Notes under the pieces: generated by a model
The model's input: the letters and a program-made list of their open reading frames with translations, nothing else
The model's database searches: none
Told to the model about the DNA's origin: nothing
Shown: positions 1 through 11,992 of the stretch, piece after piece
Numbering within the stretch: position 1 is the stretch's first letter
How the letters are laid out: every line of letters begins with the position of its first letter
Source of the DNA: Hormiphora californensis
Taxonomy: Eukaryota > Animalia > Ctenophora
Reading direction: 5' to 3'
NCBI GenBank assembly: GCA_020137815.1
Contig: CM035353.1
Coordinates: 5,704,001-5,768,000 of the forward strand
Length of the DNA stretch: 64,000 nucleotides
Made by a program: the position numbers and the translations under genes

Positions 1-136
1 ATTAACAGCTTTATATGGTCTAACCTTGCCTAGCTAGACTGTGTGTAAAGAAGGGTTAGAACATATCAAGTCTAACCAGCTCCTTTACATTTGTATTAAG
101 AAGTGTTAGTATGAATATATTTACCTACAATTGCAG

Positions 137-811
137 ATGAGAAAGAACACAAGAAAACGATAGACATGATCGAGAAGGCGAGAATGAAGGCCCACGTTAT
201 TCCTGATGCCATAATGATTCTTGAACTGGATAACTCAAGGGCGGGGTTGAAGATCTTCAGCGATCTACGTCATTTCTCGCCGGTAATGGTAACATATGTA
301 ACTACTAGATGGAGTATTTCTCGCCAGTATACTTGTTTGATTGCCATTGCAAAAGAAATAATCATGCAATGAATCTCGATCGGATTCATAAAATGGCCTT
401 ATACGTAGCACGTTTATATTTTTCCTCACGTATCAACACTGCACTCTTTTCAGATGGCTCAGTTACCGCAAGTGTGGTTTAATGGCAAGCTGCTGGGAAC
501 TTATGAAACTTTGAAACGACTAAAGAAGTAAGATAACTACATTCCTCAATGCATCTTAATTTAATTTTCGATCATATATTTTTGTCTGAGACAAATATAT
601 TTTTCTAAGAACACCTCGATAAAACACGGAACACCTTTATTATTATACCTACAGGCTGCAAAGATTGGTGCCATTGCTACGTGAGACAGAGTTTGAGGGT
701 AAAATGCCATGTGAACATTGTCAGGCGGTGGTCCACGATTGGTACGGCAAGTGGCACCGTCAGCACTACCCCTACTTCGACAAAAACCTTCCATATGAAG
801 GATGGCCCTAG
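137..811 (+). CDS. Glutaredoxin-fold gene 1 (5'-incomplete), C-terminal PCEHC
   Basis: Exons 137-282, 454-527, 655-811 splice in frame: ..DEKEHKKTIDMIEK..LELDNSRAGLKIFSDLRHFSP|MAQLPQVWFNGKLLGTYETLKRLK|KLQRLVPLL..KMPCEHCQ..EGWP*. LPQVWFNGKLLG matches the Grx TVPQVFIxGxxIGG motif. Confidence 0.8.
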
Positions 812-1069
812 CTGACTGATCAAGTTTCCATTCACAAATGGGTTTGAAAAACTCTAAAAAAGTGTTTGAAGTGTTTTTCTCGTTTGAAATCCTGTTTGTT
901 GAAACATTTTACCGTTATCTTTTATTTGTTTTAGCTGTATAATTATAGAACAATCAGTTGTTTTTCTATTAATGTATGCAATACTATACAAACTAAGACG
1001 CCTGCAACTATATTATACAATTGCATGACACCCTATAACTCACTCTCCAATCTCCTCTAGCTAATACAC

Positions 1070-3118
1070 ATGGGTAAGCGAATAGAGATCGAGGTCATCT
1101 CCAGCTCCAGCTCCTCCGAGTCAGAAGGAGAGGATGACAGACAGCCACCGATGTCAGAGCAGGAAATCAGGCGCCAAATGAGGAAGGTGACGAATGTGAT
1201 GAAGCCTGAACATGTCCGACATTATGGTAGGTACAAGTATACCCGCTGGTATTACCCTTCTACTATTATACCACTTCCGGGTGACCTGCTACATTTAACC
1301 GGGGTTTGTTTATTATACTCAGCTAGTACTAACATACCTTTTAAATTTTAAGATATGAGGAATCTTAAGAACAAGCTGCTTGGAAAGAAGAAGCGTCCTG
1401 CACCAAATCCACCACTCAAATTTGGTTCACAACCTCCCACATTACACAGGTATTATTACACAAATATAGTGGAACCTAAAATTAGTGTACAAGAGTAAAA
1501 GTACGTTAATGTTCAGTACATTCAGTTGGATAACTTGATAGTGGCATATCGAATACAGTTGGTCCCAATGAGAAGGGTGTTTCTCACGCCTTTGAAAAGT
1601 TCATAACTACTTTGCTGATTGAGATAGTACCAGTATTATACGTTTTGACACGTTTTGGAAGGATAGCAAGTTGAATGAAAGCAAAATTTTGGCTCAATCT
1701 CAGATACAAGGATGGTGAAAATAGTTTGATGACAGTCCAATCTAAGCGATCAACATACAAAGGGACCTCCATATTGCCTCCATCCTTCAGTGGGCTAAAA
1801 GAAGAAAATCGAACACCGCAACACTTTGTATCAAAGGCCAGAGCCGTTCATTGGAGAGACCCAAGGTAAATACAAATTCTCGATTTTTAATTTAGTCCCC
1901 ACATTCTCTCTGCAGTAATAAAAACGTGTAGAAACACATATGATGTCACTATAAGAAAATATTATTATCACAGTTTGTTAGTGAAAAAAGATGTTGAGGA
2001 ATTTAGCACTGATCTTCTTCGAAAATATGGTGTAAAATGGTGGATAACAGAGCTTATGAAAAGGTATAACACCTCGATTTGCCGTGAATTAAACCCATTT
2101 TCCAAGTAGTCCAGTAATCTTTCTGGGTGATATGTATAGTAATATATTTTTCAGACTGGAAAAGGACCCTGGAAGTCTGATTGAGATACCAAACATAGCG
2201 TTCGAGGTTGTTCGTAACCATCCAGTGGTAGTGTTCAGCGCAAAAGGTTTGTTCAACATCCCAGTAAATCAGGATCCGACTGTATCAATTCAACTCGAGT
2301 TGTTGATGATACATGCGGACTCTGATTTACTGGGATGCTCGAGGGGGATGCCCTGTATGTATTGGGGTTCCGGCGAACTGGGGCCCCAGTTTACTCATCA
2401 GATTTATATTAATTACATACATCTGATGGATGTGTGAACTATAGGGTCAATTTCAAATGTGACAAGAATTATAATTTGTCTGTTCACATGCCTACGTAAT
2501 GTGGAAATAGTTACGAATCTGAATTAATATTTATGAACCTATCTAGGTTCAAAAAGCGGAAGAGAAACGTCGAAAAATGCTGGAGAGAGTGCAAGGAGAA
2601 GCACAATTTGGCAAAACAAACGTTCCTGGAGTTGATATTGGACGACAGTCGGGCTGGCTCAAAGACGTACAATGATCTTGTAATGGTGACTCAAATGAGA
2701 GGTGATTGTTAGAAATATCATTACGCAGCGTCTTAAGCGTGACTAGACCGAATAAATTTAATTAGACCAGAATTTGTCTATAGTACGTAACATAACTAGT
2801 ATCGCTCAATAGTTCGAGTCAATGAGACTCGCAAATTACAGCTAGACAAATTTCAAATAAATTATGAATTTATTTCGTACAGGTCTACCTCAGATTTTTA
2901 TTGGGGAAACGTTTATTGGCGGCTATGACTCACTGAAAAAGTTGAAGAAGTTTAAGAATCTATCGCCAATGATTCTCGACGCTATGGGATTTAACACCGT
3001 ACCATGCAAAATGTGTCAAAACGACCACCAAGATCGCCTCCACAACAGCGTGGAAACGTCGAGAAAGATGCATAGCAAAGCTCAACTTAGGGCTCAAATG
3101 TACCCGGGACACACGTGA
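1070..3118 (+). CDS. Glutaredoxin-fold gene 2 with long N-terminal extension, C-terminal PCKMC; apparent frameshift at ~2562
   Basis: Exons ~1070-1226, 1353-1449, 1791-1865, 1974-2063, 2155-2246, 2547-2701, 2883-3118. Motifs HPVVVFSAKG, LILDDSRAG, GLPQIFIGETFIGGYDSL, VPCKMCQ. The frame breaks inside exon 2547-2701. Confidence 0.75.
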
Positions 3119-3470
3119 CAGAATTAGCAATAATCAAATCAGCGGCCCCGCGGGAGGATATTGTGAGCTGATACGTTTGAATAAATAATTCCTGCATGGT
3201 GCAGTCCGCGGAGATGTAGCGGCCCCCGCCTTGACAATCCTTAATGAGATGAAGTGTGAATCTTGCAGGGAGAATCTTTTTGTATGTGATCGGATTAGAA
3301 GCTCTGTTGTCTGCGAATCTTGCAGGGAGAATCTTTTTGTATGTGATCGGATTAGAAGCTCTGTTGTTTTCTACAGCTCCCTGTGTTGATTTGATTGCCT
3401 GAACAAGCACTGAAGTGGAGAATATATCGAAATTGACCGCCATCCTTCTACCATTATAGCGTAGTAAAAT

Positions 3471-4150
3471 ATGATGAATTCTCTGATTGCCAAGATAAAG
3501 GAAAGACCAACTCCTAAGGCAAGCAAGGGAGCGGGAATAAACTCAGCGCAGTATTTCATCAAGAAATTTCCCGTTGTCCTTTTCCTCCAAACACGAAACA
3601 GAGATGGTTCCAGAACGGAGGCACTCCTTCAAAAGGTAGAGAGAGAGAACTGAAAACATCGCTCAACAGCGGAATAGATATATTCTTTAAAATTTATGTT
3701 AAAATCGATCCAAACTGTGCTAAAATATTGATTACATTGACATATTTACCTATCAATTCATGTTTCTAAAACCTCAGTTGCGATGGAGGTACGACCTTCC
3801 CTCGGAGCATGTAGTTACGGTAGAGGTCGATGGAGGAAAGGATGGAGCTAAACTTTACCAGGACCTTGTAAAACTTTCCGGTGTCACCAGCTTCCCACAG
3901 GTAGATATAAATAGTTTCTACCATAGTGTAGAGGATTGAGGAATATACATACACGTAGTAAGATAACAGAAAAAGAATAATAATACAATTTTAATGGATA
4001 ACATTTTTCTCACAGGTATTTGTAAATGAAACATACTTTGGACAATATCACGAGATCAAGGCATATTACACGAATGGATTTCTTGCGGACTATATGTTAA
4101 GAGGAATTGGAAAATGCCCAGATTGTGAAAACTGCAGAACAAATAAATGA
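3471..4150 (+). CDS. Glutaredoxin-fold gene 3, no active-site Cys, C-terminal CPDCENC
   Basis: Exons 3471-3635, 3778-3900, 4016-4150: FIKKFPVVLFLQTRNRDGSRTEALLQK|..VEVDGGKDGAKLYQDLVKLSGVTSFPQ|VFVNETYFGQYHEI..GIGKCPDCENCRTNK*. Confidence 0.85.
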
Positions 4151-4311
4151 GTTGTATTGGTCTTCTTCAAGTTGACTGCGAATATATGAATTCTAGTTTT
4201 ATACCATTTTGATACTTTCCAATTTGATATATTATATATCAGCATACAAATTAAGTGTATCAAATTCCCAGAATCTAATGTACATTTATCATCTATAGCT
4301 AGTATATCAGT

Positions 4312-5593
4312 ATGGATATTGGGCCACTAAGTCCAGTCAACAATAAGGTGCTATACTACATTCAAAAACACACTGCTGTCATATTCTCTGTGACAGGAAA
4401 CCGTAAGTTAACATATGCAATCGCCAATCATGTGTACACTAACCTGCATGACCCTGCAGACCAACAATCGGTGGGCCACATTGTACAAGTTGCAATCATG
4501 CAAGTTGCAATCATGTAAATTGGAGTTTTGAGCCAAAATCCGGCAATGCAACAACAGTTTACTGTCATTAAACATTATATGTTCTTTTTCCACGACCCAA
4601 TATGATGTTTACATTTGTACAGCGGAAGGAAGGAAGGTGGAACGACTACTCCAAGAAGTGAGATATCGGCACAAGCTACCAGCAAGGTTGATTGTAAAGA
4701 TAAAACTCGATCCGGAGTTAAAGAGCTCTAGGGCGATTATGGCGGATCTGTTTAGAGTTACAGGAACTACCAATCTCCCACAGGTAATATAGCTACATGG
4801 ATCCACTTATCAATATCAAATGTAGAGTGCTGCACGTTCTACCGTTGCTGAGACCAATGAACCCAAGGGTCACCACACACCAAAGTTAAAATTAAAATTA
4901 AAATTTTGATTTTAACGCCGCACACACTAGCGGCCGTTAAAATTTCTCTCCCCCATTCTAAAAGTAACGATCTCGCGCGCCAGTTTGACGGGTGTTAAAA
5001 TTTTAACACGCCGTCAAACTGGCGCGCGAGATCGTTACATTTAGAATGGGGGAGAGAAATTTTAACGGCCGCTGGTGTGTGCGGCGTTAAAATCAAAATT
5101 TTAATTTTAATTTTAACGTTGGTGTGTGGTGACCCTAATACTGGCGTTTCATCCACGATCTCCATCACTTAATTTGATTTATCTCCACGAGGTGTTTATC
5201 AACGAAACTTTTGTCGGTGGTTATTTTCAACTGAAAGCAACCCGAGATAGCGGCCAGCTTGCTCGTGAACTCATCCACGGTAATTATATAACTGTTAACT
5301 AATTAGTTAAGTTATAATTACTATTTGTAATTGACAACAACAAAATATTTGAACCAGTTATAACATCTGAACCAGTTATAACATCTCTACATATCTATAT
5401 GCAGGTAACGGTTTTGAGGAAGCCGAAGAAGCAAAGTTAGGTGATCGTCACGTTCATCTAAACGATGCATCTCACCCTTCCCACCCCTGGTTCGGAAGGA
5501 AAATATCACGAGTGATCCTCAGTACCCCGCATGCTCCCCGGCTCACATATTTCGATTACGAACGACCGAGCTTACCAAAGAATAGACGGTGAC
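4312..5593 (+). CDS. Glutaredoxin-fold gene 4, cysteine-free, His/Pro-rich tail
   Basis: Exons 4312-4402, 4623-4783, 5192-5278, 5405-5593: YIQKHTAVIFSVTGNPEGRKVERLL..VTGTTNLPQ|VFINETFVGGYFQLKATRDSGQLARELIHG..RHVHLNDASHPSHPW..KNRR*. Confidence 0.85.
4866..5136. mobile_element. Palindromic MITE (PIF/Harbinger-like GGG..CCC ends) in intron of Grx gene 4
   Basis: Near-perfect ~270-bp palindrome agggtcaccacacacc...ggtgtgtggtgaccct with essentially no spacer. Confidence 0.75.
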
Positions 5594-5972
5594 TGCATAT
5601 AATTACATGAATCCATTTGCCATGTGGTAATACGACTAATTGGTTTTATAGCGAAGGACTGAAAGCTGCAGAGAACTGAAATGAGCACCTCTACAGAATC
5701 ATCTTCCATTCGAGCTTCAAAAGTAATTATATAAATGATATCGGTTCTGTACCAATTGATCATTTAGAGATATTGCCTGTGGTGCGATCCTATAATAATG
5801 AAATGATATTGCTATATTGTGGGTGAAAATATAATATTTCTGTACAAGATTTACTAGTGGGAGATTTTTTATAACAATACATGGTTATATGATCATAGCA
5901 TATACCGCATGCTGAGCATATACACTCCAATTGTATATCATACTTGCCTAGCTAGACTGTGTTAGAACATAA

Positions 5973-6226
5973 GGGGAAACTCTAACTGAATGGAGGCGCA
6001 GTAATGGCGTCCCATCAATGGTAAAACTCTAATTGGATGGAAGGAATGATGGACAGAACGCGCGACCATGTCCGTGTGTTTGTCATCGCGCACTACGTAA
6101 AAGCCTCTTTCACAAGCAGAATGTGGCAAATCCTGGCGCGCCCAGAGTGATGGCTCCCATTATCAGTTAGAGTTTTTCAGTTGATGGGCTGCCATTACTG
6201 CGCGTGCATTCAGTTAGAGTTTCCCC
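5973..6226. mobile_element. PIF/Harbinger-type MITE
   Basis: TIR ggggaaactctaactgaatg / cattcagttagagtttcccc, TAA target-site duplication. A relative lies at 41958-42247. Confidence 0.85.
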
Positions 6227-6264
6227 TAACAATCTCATACCTATATTTTCTTGACTAGCCCTAT

Positions 6265-7654
6265 ATGGACGCGTTAGTTGCATTGGGAATTTCAAACTAT
6301 GTACTGTGGATGATAAGGAACGCAAGTAGTGTCCTCTTCACCAAGAATGGGTGTACTATCTGCAAAGCGGCCATGAAGGTTCTCAGACGAGTTGGTAGGT
6401 AGATCAAAATCTTTGTCTCAACTCAACAAAATCCTGAAATGAATTTTAAATCTGGAATTAAAACAGTAATTGAATGTGTATTACTCACGATCTTTGCAGG
6501 AAAAAGCACAGGGATAGTCGATAAAGACGTTACAGTTGTTGATCTGGATTCTCGAACAGATAAGGTACACACAGTAGGACCTTGGTATCGAAGACACCTT
6601 ACACTCTGCGCGCTGGCAAGGGGTAACTTCGTAACCTAAGTAGGACCCCCATTTACCGGCGTGTAAACTGTCTGTAAACCACCACCTCTAAAAACATACA
6701 GTCCGCGTAGCTCTTTTGTTGTGACATGTGCAGTTGTCTTAATCCACAATGACGTCTGTTTTTTGTAATGGAAGTCCCTTACCTGGTAGTTGGACAGCAT
6801 TTTAAGTAGGACGAGACAATATGAACAGTTTTACTCTGTCAGAGCATTGGTCCTGACCCTATTTTCATTTCTGCACGCGGAGTCCGGGCGAGATCAACTG
6901 TGGTCAGAGCATTGACCTGACAGGTTTTACTCAACTAGATGTAGAGAGAGATGTCGTTTACAGTCAATGGGCGGTGTCTCGCGTACTCGGCAAACCGAGG
7001 AAAAAATGAAAGCTTTCGAAAGGTTGAAACCAGTTGGCACTGTCAATTCCTGACAACTTGTAGCAGGTTTAAATTTGAATCTTGAATATATGGTGGGGTA
7101 TTGGGAGAAAACTAACATAAAAAATTTTCGCTCTATTCCAGGAAAACATTGCTTTAACTCGCTCTATTCCAGGAAAACATTGCTTTAACTCGCTCTATTC
7201 CAGGAAAACATTGCTTTAACTCCCTCTATTCCAGGAAAAGATTCTACGTGAATTGGAAGATCTGACAGGAGCTAAAACCGTACCACAACTGTTTGTTAAT
7301 GAGAGATATGTTGGTGGGCTTGAAGAAATGAAGGTAACTAAATTCAGTTATGTACAACGGTTATGTAATTTTGGCGTGCGTGCGTACGCTCCCATTTCAA
7401 GTAGGCTTACTAAAAATAGTATCGCAGTTAAAGGATGAGGTTCCACTCACAACCTATAGTTTGTATATCTTCTTTAGGAAGAATATAGAAATAGAAGGCT
7501 ACACAAGGAGTACGCACTGGCAAGGGCTGTGGATAAGAAAACCTGTGTGGATTGTGAATGGAAAAATGTACAGAAAAATATGACCACTGGAGGCCAGCAT
7601 AAAAAAAACGGACTTGAACAATATCGATACATCACAGACTCTGAATCTGACTGA
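6265..7654 (+). CDS. Glutaredoxin-fold gene 5, active site CTIC, C-terminal TCVDC
   Basis: Exons 6265-6394, 6500-6564, 7235-7333, 7478-7654: VLFTKNGCTICKAAMKVL..VVDLDSRTDK|EKILRELEDLTGAKTVPQLFVNERYVGGLEEMK|..DKKTCVDCEW..SESD*. Confidence 0.9.
7130..7240 (+). repeat. 31-bp tandem repeat containing the splice acceptor
   Basis: cgctctattccag|gaaaacattgctttaact x3, then the functional acceptor ccctctattccag|gaaaag at 7234. Confidence 0.85.
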
Positions 7655-7880
7655 GGAAGCTCTGTAGAAGAGATACGAGAATTGAAAAGATTTCAAATAC
7701 TAAGTTATTTATATGGATATTATTTGTCGCGTACCCCTTACTCAACAAGATATTATTATTTATACTGATAGCTGTCTGAATAAACTTCTTTTTTATAAGA
7801 CACTGACAACTACTACAACTACTACAACTAACACTATTTTTAATATTCAATATTCATAGCTTGAATGGTTTTCATTCTAA

Positions 7881-9810
7881 ATGGTTCACCCTGTTGACAT
7901 TTTGAAAAGTGGCGTACCAGTAACCTTCCAATGGCTCCTTCAACAGGTAGACTCTCAGCCCCTTCCACTTCCATGTACTCACCCCTTACTTCCATGTACT
8001 GGATACATGTATAACAGTCAGATCCCGATTCACCAAGATACCCGGGGTATATCGGGGTTCGACTGTATATTTACATATTTATTTGATACACAGCATTTAT
8101 CAGCTCATATATCCTGTGCAGGTTCGAATCCTAGTTGTGTCAGATAGCGAGTGCATATGGTGCAAAAAGGCGAAGGATATTCTGACTAAAGTTGGACGAC
8201 AGAGTCTCCTAAATGACAATGAAATGTTTTTCTTGAACATCAATCAGTTCAAACAGGGGAAACGGGTAAGTGGAAATAACCATGTTTAGGAATCATAAGG
8301 AACCGAGCCTTTTGCTTCATTAGATTTGTTCTGTTCTCAGACCAAAACGGTTTTTCATTACCGTTTTCTCACTATACAAGCTCAGTAGTAGGCTGAATTG
8401 CATCCACTGCACCAGTAGTAGTATGTACCGTTAATTTATACCAAATGTTTAGCTGTTTAAAGAGGTAAAAGAGATGACTGGCGTGGAATCCGTGCCGCAA
8501 ATCTTCATTGATGAAACATTTATTGGTAAGTGCTTTCTACACTGGACATACCAGGCCCACCTATTAAATAAAGATATAATTTTCTTTTAGAATCGTTCAA
8601 TATATCCGTTGATTCTCATCCGTCAAAAACCCCGCCCCCGGTACCGTACTACAGTCGGACCCCGATTTAGGGACACTCTCGGGGGAAAGGCTCTTGTCCA
8701 CTAAATCGGGGTGTCCACTAAATCGGGGTCAAATAAGGTTAATTTCCTATATCGGGGGGAAAAAATCCTGTCCCTAAATCGGGGTGCCACTAAATCGGGG
8801 TCCGACTGTACTACCGTTTATAAGCCCATTAAATACACGTGACTGCGACCACGTGGGATCAGATCTTACAGAACTGAAAACGGAACCATTTAGTTATAGC
8901 TATAAGCTACATTTTAGAGAGATAGGTGCAGTACAAGCTGCACAGAGCCCAGATGACAGTCTGGCTTGTTGTAAACGTTTCACCTGTCAGTTTAACTCGG
9001 CCCAACAGAATTGCTTCTGTCGGGCCGAGAAGTTGACAGGTGAAACGTTTACAATATTTGATTCTCAGTGCGCGATGGGGTCACCAGACAAGCCCGAGAG
9101 AAGCTGATATGACAGTTGTGCACCCGCGGTAGAGTGATCTGAGCAACTACCTGCATGTGTTCTGGGTCCCAGACGACATGTGGGTTGTTTCTGACTGCAT
9201 ACATGTCAAATTTGTCGTCTAAGCCATGCTCTAGGATAACTTGATTTATATTTAGATAGATTTAAAAAACAGCTTTTAGAATCATGTTGTACTGTTTCTA
9301 ACATTATTCTTCTAACAGGTGGTTACCCTGATTTGAAAATGTTGCACGAGCGGCGGTATGTCCATGAGATGCTACTACCGAAGCAAGACCACGTCAAGCA
9401 GAAACAGGAGCACCAAGAACTGACAAAAAAGACAAAATTTGGAACTTTTATCGATCTGGATAACACTGTAGGTATAACTTGCGATTTATATAATTACAAC
9501 GCATATGGCAATTCTAGACCCCCATAGCCCCAAATTTTCAAAGGCTATGATATTTTTGTCCCCTACTTACTTTTAGGATTCTCCTTAATACATATTGATT
9601 AGATCACATAGATGTTCTAAACGTATAGTAGACTGGCGATTCAACAGAAGACAAAGTTTCTCGAAAATTTTTCCCTGACGTCATTAATAATCCATTTGTA
9701 ATCCAAATTTGCTGCAGATGTGCCCGATGTGTGTGGCTGAGGAAATTCAGAAAATGAGGTTGGAAAAGAAGGAAGCCGATCTAAAACTAAAAGCCAAAGA
9801 TTACATGTAA
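7881..9810 (+). CDS. Glutaredoxin-fold gene 6, active site CIWC, C-terminal CPMC plus helical tail
   Basis: Exons 7881-7946, 8122-8265, 8453-8525, 9319-9467, 9718-9810: ILVVSDSECIWCKKAKDIL..MTGVESVPQIFIDETFIG|GYPDL..DNT|MCPMCVAEEIQKMRLEKKEADLKLKAKDYM*. Confidence 0.88.
8652..8808. mobile_element. Tc1/mariner(pogo)-type MITE, cagtcggaccccgattt family
   Basis: TIR cagtcggaccccgattt / aaatcggggtccgactg, TA TSD. Other copies at 22395-22533, 22842-23013, 28122-28200 and 43928-44098. Confidence 0.9.
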
Positions 9811-9816
9811 TTACCT

Positions 9817-9960
9817 AGGGTGTCCCATATATTCTAAGGGTCGGTTGGCGAGCTGTCACACAAATCAAACAGGAAGGAATTAATCCAGCACACTCCCGTG
9901 TTTACACTGTTTTTGCGTGACAGCTCGTCAACTGACCCTCAAAATATATGGGACACCCTG
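9817..9960. mobile_element. Tc1/mariner-type MITE in 3' flank of Grx gene 6
   Basis: Inverted arms agggtgtcccatatat..gagctgtcac / gtgacagctc..atatatgggacaccct. Confidence 0.7.
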
Positions 9961-10397
9961 TATGATATAAGAGAAGTATATTCAATTTGTCCCTGCTTTT
10001 CTACGTGGCATGGTTTCCTCATGAAGGTTTCCTCTGCGGGAGAAAGCTTCTTGTTGCAACGAGTTAAAAGCTTTAAATGAAAACACAACAATCGAGCCTT
10101 CAAAAGTTTAATTGACCATGACAACTTAACCCCCCAGGTTGGCCCGTTCAGCGGTGGAATTGGCCCGAAAGCAGTTAAACAAACATCATAACAAACACAG
10201 CCACGGGTCATCGAAGAGCTTTATGTCAAAATTATTTTGAAGTTGATATCAGAGATCAGACAATTATCATTTCCGTTTATATTTTGGGAAGATTATTATA
10301 TATACGTTTCAACTCCACGTCATAGTTTTGGTATAATACATGTTCAGATAAACGCTATGATAATATTCCTGATCCTACAATACATTTACAGGGCAGT

Positions 10398-11705
10398 ATG
10401 TCAGGCGTAGAGGCTTTGCTGGGTCTGGGTATTGCCACAAATGCGATGTGGCTCATACAGAATGCTAAAATTGTTATCTTTGGCAAAGACGGTTGCAAAT
10501 GGTGCAAAAAACTATCCAGGTATATTCGTTAATAAAAATTCATTGTAAACGAAAAGGAACAAAAAAATGAATTCCACTAACAAAAACCCCATCTCAATTG
10601 ATTGATAAACTGAACCATATGTTTCACCTAGGTACATATCGAAACTGGGCCACGATTACCCGTTTGGTGATGATGATATAGTCCATGTTGATATTGACAA
10701 GATCAAGGACGGTTATGATGTGAGTACTACATTAAGGTGACATAGACACCTGGCGCGACCCCCGCTCAATCTCTGTCGCGTCAGGTGTCTATGTCACCAA
10801 AGTACTACATCGATCCTTCAAAATCTTTATACAAGTGTTTTTGGTCAGGGTTGTATCACAAAAAACCGTTCCTTCACACTGCGCCAATAATATGACATTA
10901 TATGACAAGGAGAATGGATCCAATTGTATTTTCAAACGACAAACACTGCTGCCGTACACAACTAGTATAGTGTGAAGTTATGAATCATGTGCTGCTTGTT
11001 ACAGATGTTTGATGAAGTCAGTAAGATCACGGGAAACAACACAGTCCCACAGGTTGGCGCTTTCTCTATTAAAATTCTAAAATACGAATCTTCAATTCCA
11101 TTTCAAAGCCTTTCCTTACTTGCCATCTATTTTGGTAGTACCTGTCCGCTTGAAAGACATATATCCATTAATCATTAATCAATCTCGTGTCTGGGACTTG
11201 GGAGGTGTCAACTGTAAAAGTTTATCTCTCCTCAATATTTGCAGGTCTTTGTGGACGAGACATACGTGGGAGGGTATCCTGAGTTCAAGAACATGTACAA
11301 TCGGAAACAAATTCACAAGATACTAAACCCTGTCATGCAGAAGGGATCAGAGAAGCCCTGTGTTGATTGCCATAAGGTGAGACAGTGCGTATATCTCCTC
11401 TTCTTGTTGAGTTGGGAAACCCAATTGAACTATCGTGATGCGTTCGTAAATGCGATATGGTATGCGACACTATTAGATTGAGTGCTCGTGAGTGATCAGC
11501 ATGGTCTATTAAGATGATGGAGATACTATCAGACTATCTAAAGTTTTGAGGTGAACTCTAACCCCTGCTGATCCATTATATCCAGGATATTGAGAAGGAG
11601 AAAGTGGAGAGAAGGAAGAAGTTGGATAAGATTCTTAGAAAACAGCTAGACGAGGACTTGTTGTTTATAAACAACAATATTAGTACACCGGCATTCGTTA
11701 AATGA
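10398..11705 (+). CDS. Glutaredoxin-fold gene 7, active site CKWC, C-terminal PCVDC plus helical tail
   Basis: Exons 10398-10519, 10633-10719, 11005-11052, 11245-11376, 11586-11705: IVIFGKDGCKWCKKLSRYI..VHVDIDKIKDGYD|MFDEVSKITGNNTVPQ|VFVDETYVGGYPEF..EKPCVDCHK|DIEKEKVERRKKLDKILRKQL..*. Confidence 0.9.
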
Positions 11706-11992
11706 GTTGATATCTTGGACTTATAACAGTTGCTAGGTTTATGATGAGTTTGAAATTTCGATCTGGCAGTGCTTATTATAGTTAGCTGTACAGTTTTTTA
11801 TGCTACTAATACCTCAATGTATAATTATTATGGCCTCTTTTAGTTTAACCACAACTCACAAGTATTTTCTTGCCCCCCCCCCCAATTCCTCCCACTATTT
11901 AAGCTATAAATAATAACAACTAATATCTAATTTATAATACATAAATCAAGCTAGCATGTAAAAAGGCAAAGATATAAAGTAGCAGGGGAAGT

